A stretch of DNA of 64,000 nucleotides from Coriobacteriia bacterium (GCA_009778715.1 WRFR01000002.1:45598-109597), one strand, 5' to 3'. Counted from the stretch's first letter, positions 29,726 through 40,391 are shown. Numbers and translations are program-made. Notes: a model not told the origin generated them from the sequence alone.

Positions 29726-30908
29726 AGTTCGTATCCTTTTGCTCGATCGTCGCAGCAGCTTCGACGCAATCAGCGAGAAGCAACGCCGCATCCGGCCGTC
29801 CGAACCGACGCGCTGCCTTTGCCATGGTATCACGGCGCTCCGCATCTGATAAGAGTTCATCCAGGGTAGCCATGAAAACGGCATCATCGAGTTCTGCATC
29901 CGGCAGGGCCAGCGCTCCTCCCGCCGCCACCAGGTCACGCGCATTCCCGGTCTGGTGGTCATCGGTTGCATGGGGATAGGGCACCAGCAGCACTGGCAAG
30001 CCAAGCGCCGTCACCTCTGCGATCGAGGTCGCGCCTGCTCGTGTCACCGCCAGGTCAGCAGCAGCCAAGATATCGGCTATATCATCAAGATAGGGGAACA
30101 AGTGATACCGGGCTTTGATCGCCTTGGCCTCGGGCCCGCCATGGCTCGTCAACTCTTCGATCGCCGAGCGCACCTGCTCATGCTCGCCGGGGCCAGAGGC
30201 ATGTATGACATGAAGTTGTGGATAGCGCTCTAGCAACTCAGGAAGTACCCTTATGGTCGCCTCGTTAAGATGACGTGCCCCACGACTGCCCCCAAAGACC
30301 AGGAGAACGAGTTCCTTCACCTTGATTTTCAGGCGCCTGCGCCCGCGCCTGCCATCACCGGCGAGCACCTCTGGACGCACCGGATCACCCGTCACGACAA
30401 TATTTGGATGCGAACCCGGCGGGTCGTGTTTCGCACGCTGCGCGCGGAAGAGCAGCGCCGACTGAGGATAAGTGATCGCTATGACCCGGGCACGGCGTGC
30501 CAGGAATCGGTTCGTCATACCGGGCACCGAGTTCTGCTCGTGCACCACGATGGGGATCTGTTTTCTCTGGAATCGGGCGGCCAGGCCCACCGGTATCGCG
30601 ACATAGCCACCAAAGCCGACCACGACATCCGGGCGCCACTCCTTAAAATGCCGCCGGAGCGCAAGCGCGCTGCGCAGGATGAGGAAGCTGGAGGTCAGAA
30701 GTGTCAAAGGGCGGCTGCGATCGTAACCCTTTGCAGGCGCTGCGATGAAATCGAGGCCGGCAGCGGGCGCCAGACTCGCCTCAGGCCCGTCAGGCGTACC
30801 AATGTAACTGAGAGTGTGGCCGCGCGCTTTCAGCTCAGCGGCGAGGGCCAGGGCCGGATAGATGTGTCCCGCTGTCCCACCGCCACTCAAGACTATCTTC
30901 ATGCTCAT
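29688..30908 (-). CDS. murG: Undecaprenyldiphospho-muramoylpentapeptide beta-N-acetylglucosaminyltransferase
   Basis: The start is taken at MSMKIVLSGGGTAGHIYPALALA (G-loop). The remainder is a typical MurG. With this start it overlaps the ftsW 3' end by 74 nt, and its own tail overlaps murC by 38 nt. Confidence 0.92.
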   Translation of the reverse strand: MSMKIVLSGGGTAGHIYPALALAAELKARGHTLSYIGTPDGPEASLAPAAGLDFIAAPAKGYDRSRPLTLLTSSFLILRSALALRRHFKEWRPDVVVGFGGYVAIPVGLAARFQRKQIPIVVHEQNSVPGMTNRFLARRARVIAITYPQSALLFRAQRAKHDPPGSHPNIVVTGDPVRPEVLAGDGRRGRRRLKIKVKELVLLVFGGSRGARHLNEATIRVLPELLERYPQLHVIHASGPGEHEQVRSAIEELTSHGGPEAKAIKARYHLFPYLDDIADILAAADLAVTRAGATSIAEVTALGLPVLLVPYPHATDDHQTGNARDLVAAGGALALPDAELDDAVFMATLDELLSDAERRDTMAKAARRFGRPDAALLLADCVEAAATIEQKDTNYDPTGTARNKRP

Positions 30909-32415
30909 CTTCTTTCTTATCAGAGCCACGCGCAGACGCTCTCCGCTTCTTTTGAGGAGCGACTTTGCGCGGTGGCTTCTTGCGCTTATCTTTATCCGGG
31001 CCAGGGCCTTTTTTGCTGGGAGGTTTCCTGCCCTTTTCCGGGCCAGAGTTTTTGTTGCTGGAAGGCTTCCTGTTTGTCCTTGGCGCGTCAACGCCGCCAA
31101 TGATGAGGCTGAGGTGCGAAGCGGGGCGTTCGATCGCTTTTGCGGGGCGCCCGCCCCCAAAGCGGGAAACAGACAGGATGATCCCGACCAATGACAGGCT
31201 GGTAATGAGCGACGTTCCCCCCACCGTCACAAACGGCAAAGGCTTGCCCGTCACCGGGATCAACGATGTCACTGCGAAGATATTGAGTATCGCCTGAAAA
31301 ATCAGCAAGACGACTGCGCCGCCTGCCAGGGAGCGCCCCAGGCGATCCTTCGCGCGTGAAGCGATACGCATCCCGCACACCGCGATGAGCACAAATGACA
31401 ACACGATCGTCAACGTCCCCAAAAACCCCAGCTCTTCCCCGACGATCGCTAAGATGAAATCACTTTGAGCCTGGGTAAGCCAGGTATATTTCTGGCGACT
31501 GAGGCCGGGGCCGACTCCTGCCAGGCCGCCGCCTGCCAACGCGTACTGCGCCTGCAGGGTCTGGTAGGCCGTCTGACCAGAAGTCCAGGTCTTGATGAAG
31601 CCGGAGATACGGTTCGACCCGTAGCTTCCCCCTGAAAGGAGGAGCCGGATCGTCATCACGAACGCTCCGAGGATCCCCAGGCCGACCGGAAAGCGCAACG
31701 GCAGGTCACAGAGCAGCCAGGCGCCCGCCAGGCCGACGCAGATGATCAGCGTCGTACCCATATCGGGTTCAAGCAGGATGAGCAGCAGCACGACGCCTAT
31801 AAAAAGCGCCGGGGCTATCCAGTCGTTGATCGCCATCCGGCCTTTCGGCGCAGTTCTTGAGCGCAGGGCCGTAAACGCACTGGCTCCGATCACCAGCAGG
31901 ACTGGTTTGGCAAGTTCAGACGGTTGGATCGTAAATGGGCCAATAGGTATCCAGCGGTGCGCTCCCATTGTCACCGGGAACAAGAAAACCGCGACCAGGC
32001 CAGCGATGATAACGAAGCCAACAGGGACCGCAAAGCGTATGAACATATGGTAGTCGATGCGCGAGATGACGAAAGCGATCACGATGCCGACCACGATATA
32101 GAGAAGCTGCATATAGCCGCTCTCAAACGCAGAGAACTTCAGGCCTTCAAGAAGCGCCATGAATGAGCGTGCCTGGCCAGCCCGATCTGCGACCGCCTGG
32201 CCCTGCTGACTGACCTCACGGATAGCAGCCTCCCCGCTTGAGGCCGAAAACGCCATCAGGAGCCCGATAGCAAGCAGGATCGTGACCCCGACCAGCAGAA
32301 GATAGCGGGGCGCTGGGCCCCCGGCAAAATCAACAAACGGCGCTTTGCGTTTTGACTTCGGCTTCGGCTCAGGCCTCTGCGTGGCGTCCGCATTCTGTGG
32401 CTTGCGCGCCGCCAT
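30835..32415 (-). CDS. ftsW: Peptidoglycan glycosyltransferase FtsW (SEDS family) with a Lys/Pro-rich C-terminal tail
   Basis: It has a 10-TM SEDS pattern (..AQSDFILAIVGEELGF..PVTGKPLPFVTVGGTS..). A basic tail of about 100 aa follows (..KPPSKKGPGPDKDKRKKPPRK..). Confidence 0.92.
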   Translation of the reverse strand: MAARKPQNADATQRPEPKPKSKRKAPFVDFAGGPAPRYLLLVGVTILLAIGLLMAFSASSGEAAIREVSQQGQAVADRAGQARSFMALLEGLKFSAFESGYMQLLYIVVGIVIAFVISRIDYHMFIRFAVPVGFVIIAGLVAVFLFPVTMGAHRWIPIGPFTIQPSELAKPVLLVIGASAFTALRSRTAPKGRMAINDWIAPALFIGVVLLLILLEPDMGTTLIICVGLAGAWLLCDLPLRFPVGLGILGAFVMTIRLLLSGGSYGSNRISGFIKTWTSGQTAYQTLQAQYALAGGGLAGVGPGLSRQKYTWLTQAQSDFILAIVGEELGFLGTLTIVLSFVLIAVCGMRIASRAKDRLGRSLAGGAVVLLIFQAILNIFAVTSLIPVTGKPLPFVTVGGTSLITSLSLVGIILSVSRFGGGRPAKAIERPASHLSLIIGGVDAPRTNRKPSSNKNSGPEKGRKPPSKKGPGPDKDKRKKPPRKVAPQKKRRASARGSDKKEDEHEDSLEWRWDSGTHLSGPGPRR

Positions 32416-33918
32416 CTATACGCGCCCCCCCGGCTCGTCAGCAGCTCCGCTTGCAGGATCCTTGTCTTCAGACGTGATCTCATGCACGAGAGCGGCAAAA
32501 ACCTCGCCGCGCTCTTCGTAGGAACTGAACTCATCAAAAGACGTGCACGCAGGCGAGAGCAAGACTGCCTCAGATGGCAGCGCTCTGTGCGCCGCACATT
32601 CCAGGGCGTCGACCATCGCTTCACAGGATCGTATCGGCACACGCGTGCCAAGCTGAGCCTGGATCGTACGAAAGCATTCCGCAAGCAACGAGCCTTCCTC
32701 ACCAAAGGTATAAACACCCCGTACCTTCGCCAGGGCGATGCGAGCCAGGTCCTCGTACGAGGTCCCCTTGCCCCTGCCACCCAGCAAAAGATGTGCTTCG
32801 CCCGGACCAAAAGCAGTCAAAGCCGCCCGGACCGAGTCCGGATTGGTCGCTTTCGAGTCATCGAAGTAGCGTACGCCCGCAATCGTTGCGACCAGTTCAA
32901 GGCGATGAGTCGGCGCGCGGAAAGTCTTCAACCCGGCAGCAATCTGCTCGGGAGACACCCCAAAGTGCGCCACCAGCGCCGCCGCAAACAACGCATTGCA
33001 AATATTGTGCTCCCCCGGTATCTGGAGATCTGCCGCGGAGCATATCGCCTGGGGAGCGGCATCCTGGTCAAAATAAAGCCAGAGCTGGCCGCCCTCCCGG
33101 TAAGCCGAGGGAGGAGGACTAGCCTGCAACGAAATCGCCTGAGACGTAGCGCCCGTCTCTTTGATCGCCGTGCGCGCCAGCGCTGCGAAGGGATCCGCAT
33201 CCCAGGTAAGCGCCACGTCACCGGAGTGCTGATGCGCAAATATCTTGCACTTGGCGGCAGCGTAGTTCTCGAGCGAGCCATGCCAGTTCAGGTGATCCGG
33301 CGATACATTGAGCAGGGCAGCAGCCTGGGGAGCGAAACTCGTCGTGTACTCCAACTGAAACGACGATGCTTCAACAACCAGGATTTCCGGCACAGGACCC
33401 TCTCGCAACAGGTCGGTCACGGGTTCGCCTATGTTGCCGACGCTCGCGCTGCAGCGTCCAGCTTCGCGCAGCAGGTGATCACAGAGCATGGTTGTAGTCG
33501 TCTTCCCATTGCTGCCGGTGATCGCGATCCATTGCTGTGTCGCAGGCGCCAGGCGCCAGGCAAACTCAAGCTCGCTGATAAGCTCATCGGAGCGCTGCTG
33601 CGCCGAGACCGTCAGAGGATCATGAGGAGCAAGGCCCGGGCTGATGACTGCCAGATCAAAGCTGCCTGCCTCTTCTGGCAGGGTCGACTTCCCCAGATAG
33701 GTGCGAACCTCGAGCTCAGGTCTCACCTGTGCCGCATACTGCTGCAGATCGGCAGCCTGCTCGCGCAAGTCAGCCGTATCAGCCCCATCCACGACGGTCA
33801 GATGGGTCAGCGCGTCGAACTTACTCGCAAAGCGGTCGGCCAGCGCCGCGCGCACGACCGCCTGGCCACTCCGACCAAGCCCTACGACAAGCAAACGTGA
33901 GGGTGACGAAGCATTCAT
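32416..33918 (-). CDS. murD: UDP-N-acetylmuramoylalanine--D-glutamate ligase
   Basis: It has ..VVGLGRSGQAV.. and ITGSNGKTTTT, and sits between mraY and ftsW. Confidence 0.93.
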   Translation of the reverse strand: MNASSPSRLLVVGLGRSGQAVVRAALADRFASKFDALTHLTVVDGADTADLREQAADLQQYAAQVRPELEVRTYLGKSTLPEEAGSFDLAVISPGLAPHDPLTVSAQQRSDELISELEFAWRLAPATQQWIAITGSNGKTTTTMLCDHLLREAGRCSASVGNIGEPVTDLLREGPVPEILVVEASSFQLEYTTSFAPQAAALLNVSPDHLNWHGSLENYAAAKCKIFAHQHSGDVALTWDADPFAALARTAIKETGATSQAISLQASPPPSAYREGGQLWLYFDQDAAPQAICSAADLQIPGEHNICNALFAAALVAHFGVSPEQIAAGLKTFRAPTHRLELVATIAGVRYFDDSKATNPDSVRAALTAFGPGEAHLLLGGRGKGTSYEDLARIALAKVRGVYTFGEEGSLLAECFRTIQAQLGTRVPIRSCEAMVDALECAAHRALPSEAVLLSPACTSFDEFSSYEERGEVFAALVHEITSEDKDPASGAADEPGGRV

Positions 33919-33921
33919 CTC

Positions 33922-35028
33922 TCACCCCAGACGTTTGAGCTGGAAGAAGAAGATAACGAACCCAAGAGCCACGAACGATCCCGCAATAATCCAGAAACGT
34001 ATCATGACCTTCGTCTCTGACCAACCGAGCATCTCGAAATGATGGTGGATCGGCGCCATTTTGAACACGCGCTTCTTAAAGCGTTTGTAGACAAGTACCT
34101 GGATGATAACCGAGAGTGCCTCGGCAACAAACACGCCGCCGATGAGCGGCAGAAGCAGTTCGGTCTTTGTGACCATCGCCAGGGCCGCTACTGCGCCGCC
34201 CAGGCCCAGCGATCCGGTATCCCCCATAAAGATATCGGCCGGATGACTGTTATACCAGAGAAAACCGATGCAGGCGCCCGCGATCGTCCCCGCCAGAAGC
34301 GAGACCGGTAAAGAGTCCTGCGCATAGGCAACGACCGCGAACAGCAGCATGATGATCATAACAATACCAGCGGCAAGGCCATCAAGGCCATCGGTCAGGT
34401 TCACTGAGTTGGAGACCGCCACGATCATGAAAACCGCGAACGCCAGGTAGAGCCAGGGCAGCTGTATAGTAGTCCCGAAAACCGAGAGCCGCGTTGTGAT
34501 AAGCCCCAGATCTAAGAATACCCGCGTAGCGGGGAGCTGGAGCCTGGGGCTGACGTGGACCCAATTGATCGCCACAACCGCGCTTACAGCCGCAATGAGC
34601 ACCTGCCCGATGATCTTCGCGCGGGCTTTCAGGCCCAGCGAACGTTCATAGGCGACTTTCTCAAGGTCATCGATCATGCCCAGCAATCCACAGGCAAGCG
34701 TCGTCACGAGTACCAGGACCGCAGCGCGTACCGACTGCGTATAATTGAGCAACTTGGCGATCGAGGAGTTCGTAGCATCCGGCGCTGCGAAGTAGGTCAG
34801 TCCAGCAAAGACCAGGGCGACCACCAGCAGGATCACGACACCGCCCATTGTCGGCGTTCCCTGTTTCTGCAGATGCCCCGCCGGCCCATCGGCACGTACC
34901 TGCTGCCCGATCTGGCGATGGTTCAGGAGGCGGATGAACAGTGGCGTGATCAGCCCTACCAGTGCGACCGCAGCCGCAAGCGCTAAAAAGACCTGAAAGG
35001 TCGGATACTGCGCAAGCTTTGTCAGCAC
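33922..35028 (-). CDS. mraY: Phospho-N-acetylmuramoyl-pentapeptide transferase
   Basis: It has ..GTPTMGGVVIL.., ..GMIDDLEKV.., NSVNLTDGLDGLA and GDTGSLGLGG. Confidence 0.97.
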   Translation of the reverse strand: MLTKLAQYPTFQVFLALAAAVALVGLITPLFIRLLNHRQIGQQVRADGPAGHLQKQGTPTMGGVVILLVVALVFAGLTYFAAPDATNSSIAKLLNYTQSVRAAVLVLVTTLACGLLGMIDDLEKVAYERSLGLKARAKIIGQVLIAAVSAVVAINWVHVSPRLQLPATRVFLDLGLITTRLSVFGTTIQLPWLYLAFAVFMIVAVSNSVNLTDGLDGLAAGIVMIIMLLFAVVAYAQDSLPVSLLAGTIAGACIGFLWYNSHPADIFMGDTGSLGLGGAVAALAMVTKTELLLPLIGGVFVAEALSVIIQVLVYKRFKKRVFKMAPIHHHFEMLGWSETKVMIRFWIIAGSFVALGFVIFFFQLKRLG

Positions 35029-36419
35029 GACGAGGGGTCTCCCTTCAATTCTTTTGCCTGCAAGGCCTCGATAGCCCGCTCCATGCGCATGCCCCGGGAA
35101 CCCTTGACCAAAATTACATCACCAGGACGTACAAAAGAGCACAGGCTCCGTATCAGTTTACCCATATCATCATAGGCGACCTCATGAGGAGCTACTGCGC
35201 CAAACTCTGAACCGAAAACGAACAGACACCCAAGGCCGAGCTCTTTCGCCTGCGCAAGAACCTCACGATGGGCGTCTGCAGACTCCTCCCCAAGCTCCAG
35301 CATGTCACCGAGTACAGCGATTCGGCGGCCTTCGGGCCGCGCTGGCTGCAAAGCCGCCAGGCTGCGAAGCGCAGCCGCCATCGAATCGGGGTTTGCATTA
35401 TAGGCGTCGGCAAGAACATTGACACCAAGGCCGGGCATTTCGATGACCTCGAGCCGCATGCCCACCGGAACGATCCTGGAGAGCGCACTGCAGAGCGCTC
35501 CGGCATCCAGGCCGAGATAGGTACCGACAGCAAGAACAAGCAGCGCGTTGCCGATGTTGTGGATCCCCGGGATCGAAAGATCAAGCGTGCAGTTCGCTTT
35601 CCCGGGCAACGTGACCTGTGCGTGAGCGCAGGCCCGATCATCCAGATAGATATCGGTGGCCACGATATCGGCTTGCTCAGGATCGACACCAACCGTGCAA
35701 CGTTGAGCGACGGTCGCCGAGCTCAGCAAAGAACCAAAAGGCGTCCCGGCCTGATAAACTGCCAGCCCCTCAGGGGGCAAAGCCTCGAAAAGCTCCGCTT
35801 TCGCCCGGGCGATATTCTCGCGGCTCCCCAGGAGCGCAAGGTGCGCCGTCCCAATCGTCGTGATGACGCCGATCTGGGGGCGAACGATCCCCGCAAGCAG
35901 GGTTATTTCGCCACGCGCCCGCATGCCCATCTCGACGATAAGCAGCTCGGTCGACACGTCAGCAGAAAGGACCGTCAGCGGCACGCCCAGCTCGTTATTG
36001 TTGTTGGATTCAGTCGCAACGACGCGGAACTTGCTGCCCAGGGCCGCTCTCATCATCTCTTTTGTGGAAGTTTTTCCGGTCGATCCTGTGATGCCAATGA
36101 CCGGGATATCAAGCTTTGAGCGCTGGTAGCGCGCCAGGTCCTGCAACGCGCGAAGCATGTCATCGACCTGGATGAGCGTAAGGCCTGTCGGGGGATGCTC
36201 GACTGGCTCGCTCACCAAAGCGATCGTCGCGCCTGTTCCCGCGACTGTTCCCAAAAAATCATGGCCGTTAACATGCTCCCCGATAAATGCCGCGAACAGC
36301 GAGCCCGCCCGCGCTTCACGTGAGTCGATCACGCATGAGTCGGCTACCGCCTCAGCGCTGCCGGCGAAAATGCGCCCCCGGGTGGCGCGAGCTATCTCGG
36401 TAGCCGTCATACGCCACAT
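35022..36419 (-). CDS. murF: UDP-N-acetylmuramoyl-tripeptide--D-alanyl-D-alanine ligase
   Basis: It has ..IGITGSTGKTSTKEM.., the Mur ligase middle and C-terminal domains, and the expected cluster position. Confidence 0.93.
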   Translation of the reverse strand: MWRMTATEIARATRGRIFAGSAEAVADSCVIDSREARAGSLFAAFIGEHVNGHDFLGTVAGTGATIALVSEPVEHPPTGLTLIQVDDMLRALQDLARYQRSKLDIPVIGITGSTGKTSTKEMMRAALGSKFRVVATESNNNNELGVPLTVLSADVSTELLIVEMGMRARGEITLLAGIVRPQIGVITTIGTAHLALLGSRENIARAKAELFEALPPEGLAVYQAGTPFGSLLSSATVAQRCTVGVDPEQADIVATDIYLDDRACAHAQVTLPGKANCTLDLSIPGIHNIGNALLVLAVGTYLGLDAGALCSALSRIVPVGMRLEVIEMPGLGVNVLADAYNANPDSMAAALRSLAALQPARPEGRRIAVLGDMLELGEESADAHREVLAQAKELGLGCLFVFGSEFGAVAPHEVAYDDMGKLIRSLCSFVRPGDVILVKGSRGMRMERAIEALQAKELKGDPSSC

Positions 36420-37993
36420 CAGGAAAGGTCCTTCAGCTGGAAGCCTGAAGCTGCCAGTGCTGCGCGGGCAACCTCACGATCATCGAAATGGATCGTGTGA
36501 TCAGCAAATATCTGGTAGTCCTCATGGCCTTTGCCCGCAATGAAAACACAGTCGCCTGATGCCGCCAAAGCAATCGCCCGATTGATGGCAGACGCGCGAT
36601 CGACGATGACCTCGTAGGGGGTATGCGTCGGCGCCAGGCCAACTTCGATGTCACGTATGATCGCTGCAGGATCCTCGCTACGGGGGTTATCGCTGGTGAC
36701 CACCACATGATCGGAGCCTTCACCCGCCGCACGTCCCATCAAGGGACGCTTGCCGTGATCACGGTCCCCACCACAGCCGAAGACGGTGATCAAGCGCCCT
36801 TTTGTCAGGCCGCGCAACGCACCCAGGGCTGTTCGCAACGCGTCGTCAGTATGCGCGTAATCGACCAGTACCGTGAAATCCTGGCCGGACTTGACCTGCT
36901 CAAGGCGCCCGGGAACCGGGGGGACCCGACCAAGCAACGGCGCGATCTCATCAAGGCGGTACCCCAGACAGAGCGCGCAGCCCACTGCCACCAACACGTT
37001 ATGGACGTTATAGGAGCCAACAAGCGGGACCTGCATCAAGGAAGTAGCGTCCCCTGCATCCGGCTCACTCACTCTGAACTCGGTCCCTGTCGCACGATAG
37101 ATCACCTGGTCCGGGTCATACGCCAGATCAAGTCGCGGTTCAGGCGATGGGGCCGTAACGCCGGTTTCCTGTTGTGGCGAAGCGAGAGCGCCCACACTAA
37201 ACGGCCGTAAGTCGCACTGGCGCAGCTCCCCAAACAGGCGAGTTCCCCAGGCATCATCAACATTTATCACGCGTGCAGCCGCTTCATAGTCAGTGAAAAG
37301 CTTCTTCTTCGCTGCAAAGTAATGCTCCATGTCATGGTGCCAATCCAGGTGGTCCTGGCTTAAGTTCGTGAATGCCGTGCAGGCAAAGCGTACCGCTCCT
37401 ACACGCTCAAGGTCGAGCGCATGGCTGCTCACTTCCATCACCACATCGCTCACGCCGGCCTCAAGCATCCGCGCGAGCAACTGCTGCAGCGCAAGTGCGT
37501 CGGGGGTCGTGCGTTCGGCCGGCTCACGAGTGTTTGCGATCCGGGTCTCGACCGTCCCGATCAACCCGGTCGTCCTCCCGGATTGCCGCAGGATGCTTTC
37601 CAGGACATAGGCGGTCGTCGTTTTGCCGTTGGTACCCGTGATGCCGGTGACGCGCAGCCGACGGCTCGGGTGCCCGAAGAACGCGTCAGCAGCAAGCGCC
37701 AACACATGGCGACTGTCGGTAACACACACCTGGGGGACCGTGATCTCGGGCAGGAGGCGCTCGACGACCAGCGCAGCTGCGCCAGAACGCACCGCGTCTG
37801 CCGCAAAGTCATGGCCGTCGCTCTGGGCGCCTGTGATACAGAAAAACAGCGTGCCCGGACAGACCTGGCGTGAATTGTGCGCCAGGGACATGACACGCAG
37901 GGTGCGCTCATCTTCAGACAGGGCGCTCAGGCATCCCTCATCAACGATCCCGGCCAGGAGCCCCGCAAGTGTGAAATCAGGTGAGCTAGTCAT
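36419..37993 (-). CDS. murE: UDP-N-acetylmuramoyl-L-alanyl-D-glutamate--2,6-diaminopimelate (or L-Lys) ligase
   Basis: It has ..VTGITGTNGKTTTAYVLESI.. and ..DNPRSEDP... The amino-acid specificity cannot be decided by eye. Confidence 0.92.
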   Translation of the reverse strand: MTSSPDFTLAGLLAGIVDEGCLSALSEDERTLRVMSLAHNSRQVCPGTLFFCITGAQSDGHDFAADAVRSGAAALVVERLLPEITVPQVCVTDSRHVLALAADAFFGHPSRRLRVTGITGTNGKTTTAYVLESILRQSGRTTGLIGTVETRIANTREPAERTTPDALALQQLLARMLEAGVSDVVMEVSSHALDLERVGAVRFACTAFTNLSQDHLDWHHDMEHYFAAKKKLFTDYEAAARVINVDDAWGTRLFGELRQCDLRPFSVGALASPQQETGVTAPSPEPRLDLAYDPDQVIYRATGTEFRVSEPDAGDATSLMQVPLVGSYNVHNVLVAVGCALCLGYRLDEIAPLLGRVPPVPGRLEQVKSGQDFTVLVDYAHTDDALRTALGALRGLTKGRLITVFGCGGDRDHGKRPLMGRAAGEGSDHVVVTSDNPRSEDPAAIIRDIEVGLAPTHTPYEVIVDRASAINRAIALAASGDCVFIAGKGHEDYQIFADHTIHFDDREVARAALAASGFQLKDLS

Positions 37994-39800
37994 GATCAGT
38001 TGTTCCTCCAGTCGCTGCCTGGGGCGCCTGCCCCTGGCCAGTGGCCTGGGACGCCTGGGGAATCTTTAACTGAGCCGCAGCATAACCCAGGATGTCAGCA
38101 TAGGTCGGCCCTGCGACCGCTGCGCCATAATAGCTACCGCCCTTGGGCTCGAAGATCACCACGAGGCACAGAAGCTGCGGCTTATCAGCCGGCAGATATC
38201 CGATGAAAGAACTCGCATACTCCCCCGTCGCGTAACCTTTGCCTTGCTCGGCGATCTGGGCAGTGCCTGACTTCCCTGCCGACACATAACCGGGTACGGC
38301 CAGACGATCCTTCGTGACGACCCCTTTCAGGATCTCGGTCGATTGCTGACAGACTGACGGATCCAGTATCTGCTTACTCTGGCTGGCCCAGTCAGGCTTC
38401 TCCTGTGGATCGGCGGGCACATCGGCCAGCAGATGGGGTGTGACGAGCGAGCCGCCATTGGCCACTACGCTGACACAGCGCGACAAGGAAACTGGCGTCA
38501 GCGAGATCCCCTGCCCAAAGCTCGCGTTCGAAAGAAGGATCTTTGACCAGGATTTCTCCGGCGCCAGGTAGCCCTTGGTCGAGCCGGGAAAATCCACCCC
38601 AGGTTCCTGGTCAAGCCCGAAAGACTCAAGGTTCTTATAGAATGTGTCCAGCCCCATCTTCTCAGCCATCCTGGTCGCCCCCACATTACTGGACTCCCGG
38701 ATAATCTGGGTCACACTCAGCGTTTCGGTCCCGTGGATGTCAGCATCCTTGACCACATGTGACCCGATCTGAAGGCTGTAGGGAACGGTGAATATCGTAC
38801 TTGGTTTGAGTATCCTTGACTGAAGGCCACCCGCCAGCGTGAGCACCTTAAACGTTGACCCCGGCTCATAGAGGTCGACCAGGGCACGATTGCGGATAGC
38901 ATCATTGGTGGTGTCCTTCAAGTCGTTGGGATCAAAGGTCGGAGAGGAGCTTGCCGCATAGATCTCGCCATTATTCGGGTTCATGACCACGACCGCCCCC
39001 GCCGTGGCATTATGGGCCTTGACTGCAGCGTCGAGCTGCTTTTGCGCGTAGTAGGCGATCTGGCTGTCGACGGTCAGGATGATATCGTGGCCGGGTTTGG
39101 GAGCGATCGTCTTCTGGATCCCCGAGGGAATGGGGTTGCCTGCCTGATCACGCTCGCTGAAACTGACGCCGGGAGTCCCCTGCAGAACAGAGTCGTAGCG
39201 CATCTCCATGCCAGCGACCCCTTTGCCATCAGCGTTCACGAAACCCACGATCTGCGAAGCGACCGTCGCCGACGGATACACCCGCTTATAATCCTGCGTG
39301 AAGGCAAGGGTCTGCATCTCGCGCTTGAGTTCTTTAGTGGACTCGCTGTCATCAGCGCTCAGTTCCGCGCTTTTCTCGAACGCGGCCACGGCGTCAGGAG
39401 CGACTTTTTTTGTGAGCAGGCAGTACCTTCCTTTACGGGACAGGAGCGACTCGTAGGTTGCTGCTTTGCCCCCGAAAGCCTGCATGAGGCGTTGGGCGAC
39501 AACCTGCTTGGAGCTGATGAGTGTGGGGTCTGCGCTGACGTTATAGACCAGCACAGACTTGGCCAGAACGTTACCCTGACGATCATAGATCGTCCCCCGC
39601 TGAGCCGGAGTGACCGTCTGGGTTATCCGTTGGTTCTCTGCCTCCTGTGTGAGCGTCCTGGCCTGAAGGATCTGTACTGAGAACAGGCGGACGGCCGCAA
39701 CCGCCAGCAACAGCAGAAAGCAGCCCGTAAACAACTTAATAAAAAGCTGAGAGGGCTGCTTTCGGTAAGAAGCAGGTCGTTTCGGGGCGCGAGAACTCAT
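37986..39800 (-). CDS. ftsI: Class B penicillin-binding protein (FtsI-type D,D-transpeptidase)
   Basis: It has an N-terminal TM and a dimerisation domain. The transpeptidase motifs are present: STFK (..EPGSTFKVLT..), SN (..ESSNVG..) and KSG (..SAGKSGTAQ..). Confidence 0.92.
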   Translation of the reverse strand: MSSRAPKRPASYRKQPSQLFIKLFTGCFLLLLAVAAVRLFSVQILQARTLTQEAENQRITQTVTPAQRGTIYDRQGNVLAKSVLVYNVSADPTLISSKQVVAQRLMQAFGGKAATYESLLSRKGRYCLLTKKVAPDAVAAFEKSAELSADDSESTKELKREMQTLAFTQDYKRVYPSATVASQIVGFVNADGKGVAGMEMRYDSVLQGTPGVSFSERDQAGNPIPSGIQKTIAPKPGHDIILTVDSQIAYYAQKQLDAAVKAHNATAGAVVVMNPNNGEIYAASSSPTFDPNDLKDTTNDAIRNRALVDLYEPGSTFKVLTLAGGLQSRILKPSTIFTVPYSLQIGSHVVKDADIHGTETLSVTQIIRESSNVGATRMAEKMGLDTFYKNLESFGLDQEPGVDFPGSTKGYLAPEKSWSKILLSNASFGQGISLTPVSLSRCVSVVANGGSLVTPHLLADVPADPQEKPDWASQSKQILDPSVCQQSTEILKGVVTKDRLAVPGYVSAGKSGTAQIAEQGKGYATGEYASSFIGYLPADKPQLLCLVVIFEPKGGSYYGAAVAGPTYADILGYAAAQLKIPQASQATGQGQAPQAATGGTTDHD

Positions 39801-39818
39801 ATCCTGACCCTAGCAAAA

Positions 39819-40391
39819 TCAACGTGTAGCGGCAAGCCCGACATCACCCACCAAGAGCGCGCTGGCCTGTCCTGCAGTCAAGCGTACAAGGGTATTCAGG
39901 CTCGGCGCTTTTGTGGACGTGGAGCCAGAACGCGGCGCCGTCTTCGGAGTGGCCGCTGCAACACGCGGGCTAACCGTAGTAAGCTCGACGGTCATCTGGC
40001 TGCCGGTCGAGGGCACCATGCCGAGTTGGGTCGTGGCGATATTGGCCACACGCAAGGACGACGTAAGCACGGAACGCCGCATCTCCAGTTGTTCGGAGTT
40101 CGCGTTCGCCGCATCCAGGGCTTGCTTGATGAGTACCGACTGTTGGCTGTCACGGGTCGCCATAGCTGACAGGAACACCGGCCCCAGGCCAAGCACCACG
40201 AGTGCAACACAAACAACAACCACTGCGGTAAAAACCCGGCGGAAAGGACGCGCATCCTGATGGCGCGCGTCACGTGTCGTGCGTGCAGTGGTCGCTCCGG
40301 TAGCCCGGCCGTGCTTTGGTTTGCCGCCCGGGATCAACCGCAACGGGACATATTCTTCTTCCTCGACATACTTGTGAGCTGTTGCAGCCAT
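39819..40391 (-). CDS. FtsL-like single-pass division protein
   Basis: It sits between rsmH and ftsI. It has one TM (FTAVVVVCVALVVLGLGPVFL) followed by a short coiled region. An AAGGAGGTG SD lies before the ATG at 40391. Confidence 0.6.
   Translation of the reverse strand: MAATAHKYVEEEEYVPLRLIPGGKPKHGRATGATTARTTRDARHQDARPFRRVFTAVVVVCVALVVLGLGPVFLSAMATRDSQQSVLIKQALDAANANSEQLEMRRSVLTSSLRVANIATTQLGMVPSTGSQMTVELTTVSPRVAAATPKTAPRSGSTSTKAPSLNTLVRLTAGQASALLVGDVGLAATR

Noticed and set aside
30835-31160. Repetitive Lys/Pro-coding DNA at the ftsW/murG junction, considered as a possible repeat element
   Set aside because: This is low-complexity coding sequence of the FtsW tail. There is no spacer/repeat periodicity and no inverted termini.
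32482-33900. Very long antisense ORFs inside housekeeping genes. Examples: 472 aa opposite murD; 378 aa at 19736..20872 opposite asnB; 304 aa at 46084..46998 opposite pyrG; 283 aa at 35268..36119 opposite murF; 277 aa at 30270..31103 opposite murG/ftsW.
   Set aside because: All are Arg/Ala/Gly/Pro-rich, lack SD sequences and motifs, and each lies fully within a gene whose product is unmistakable. Stop-codon depletion on the antisense strand of high-GC genes explains them.
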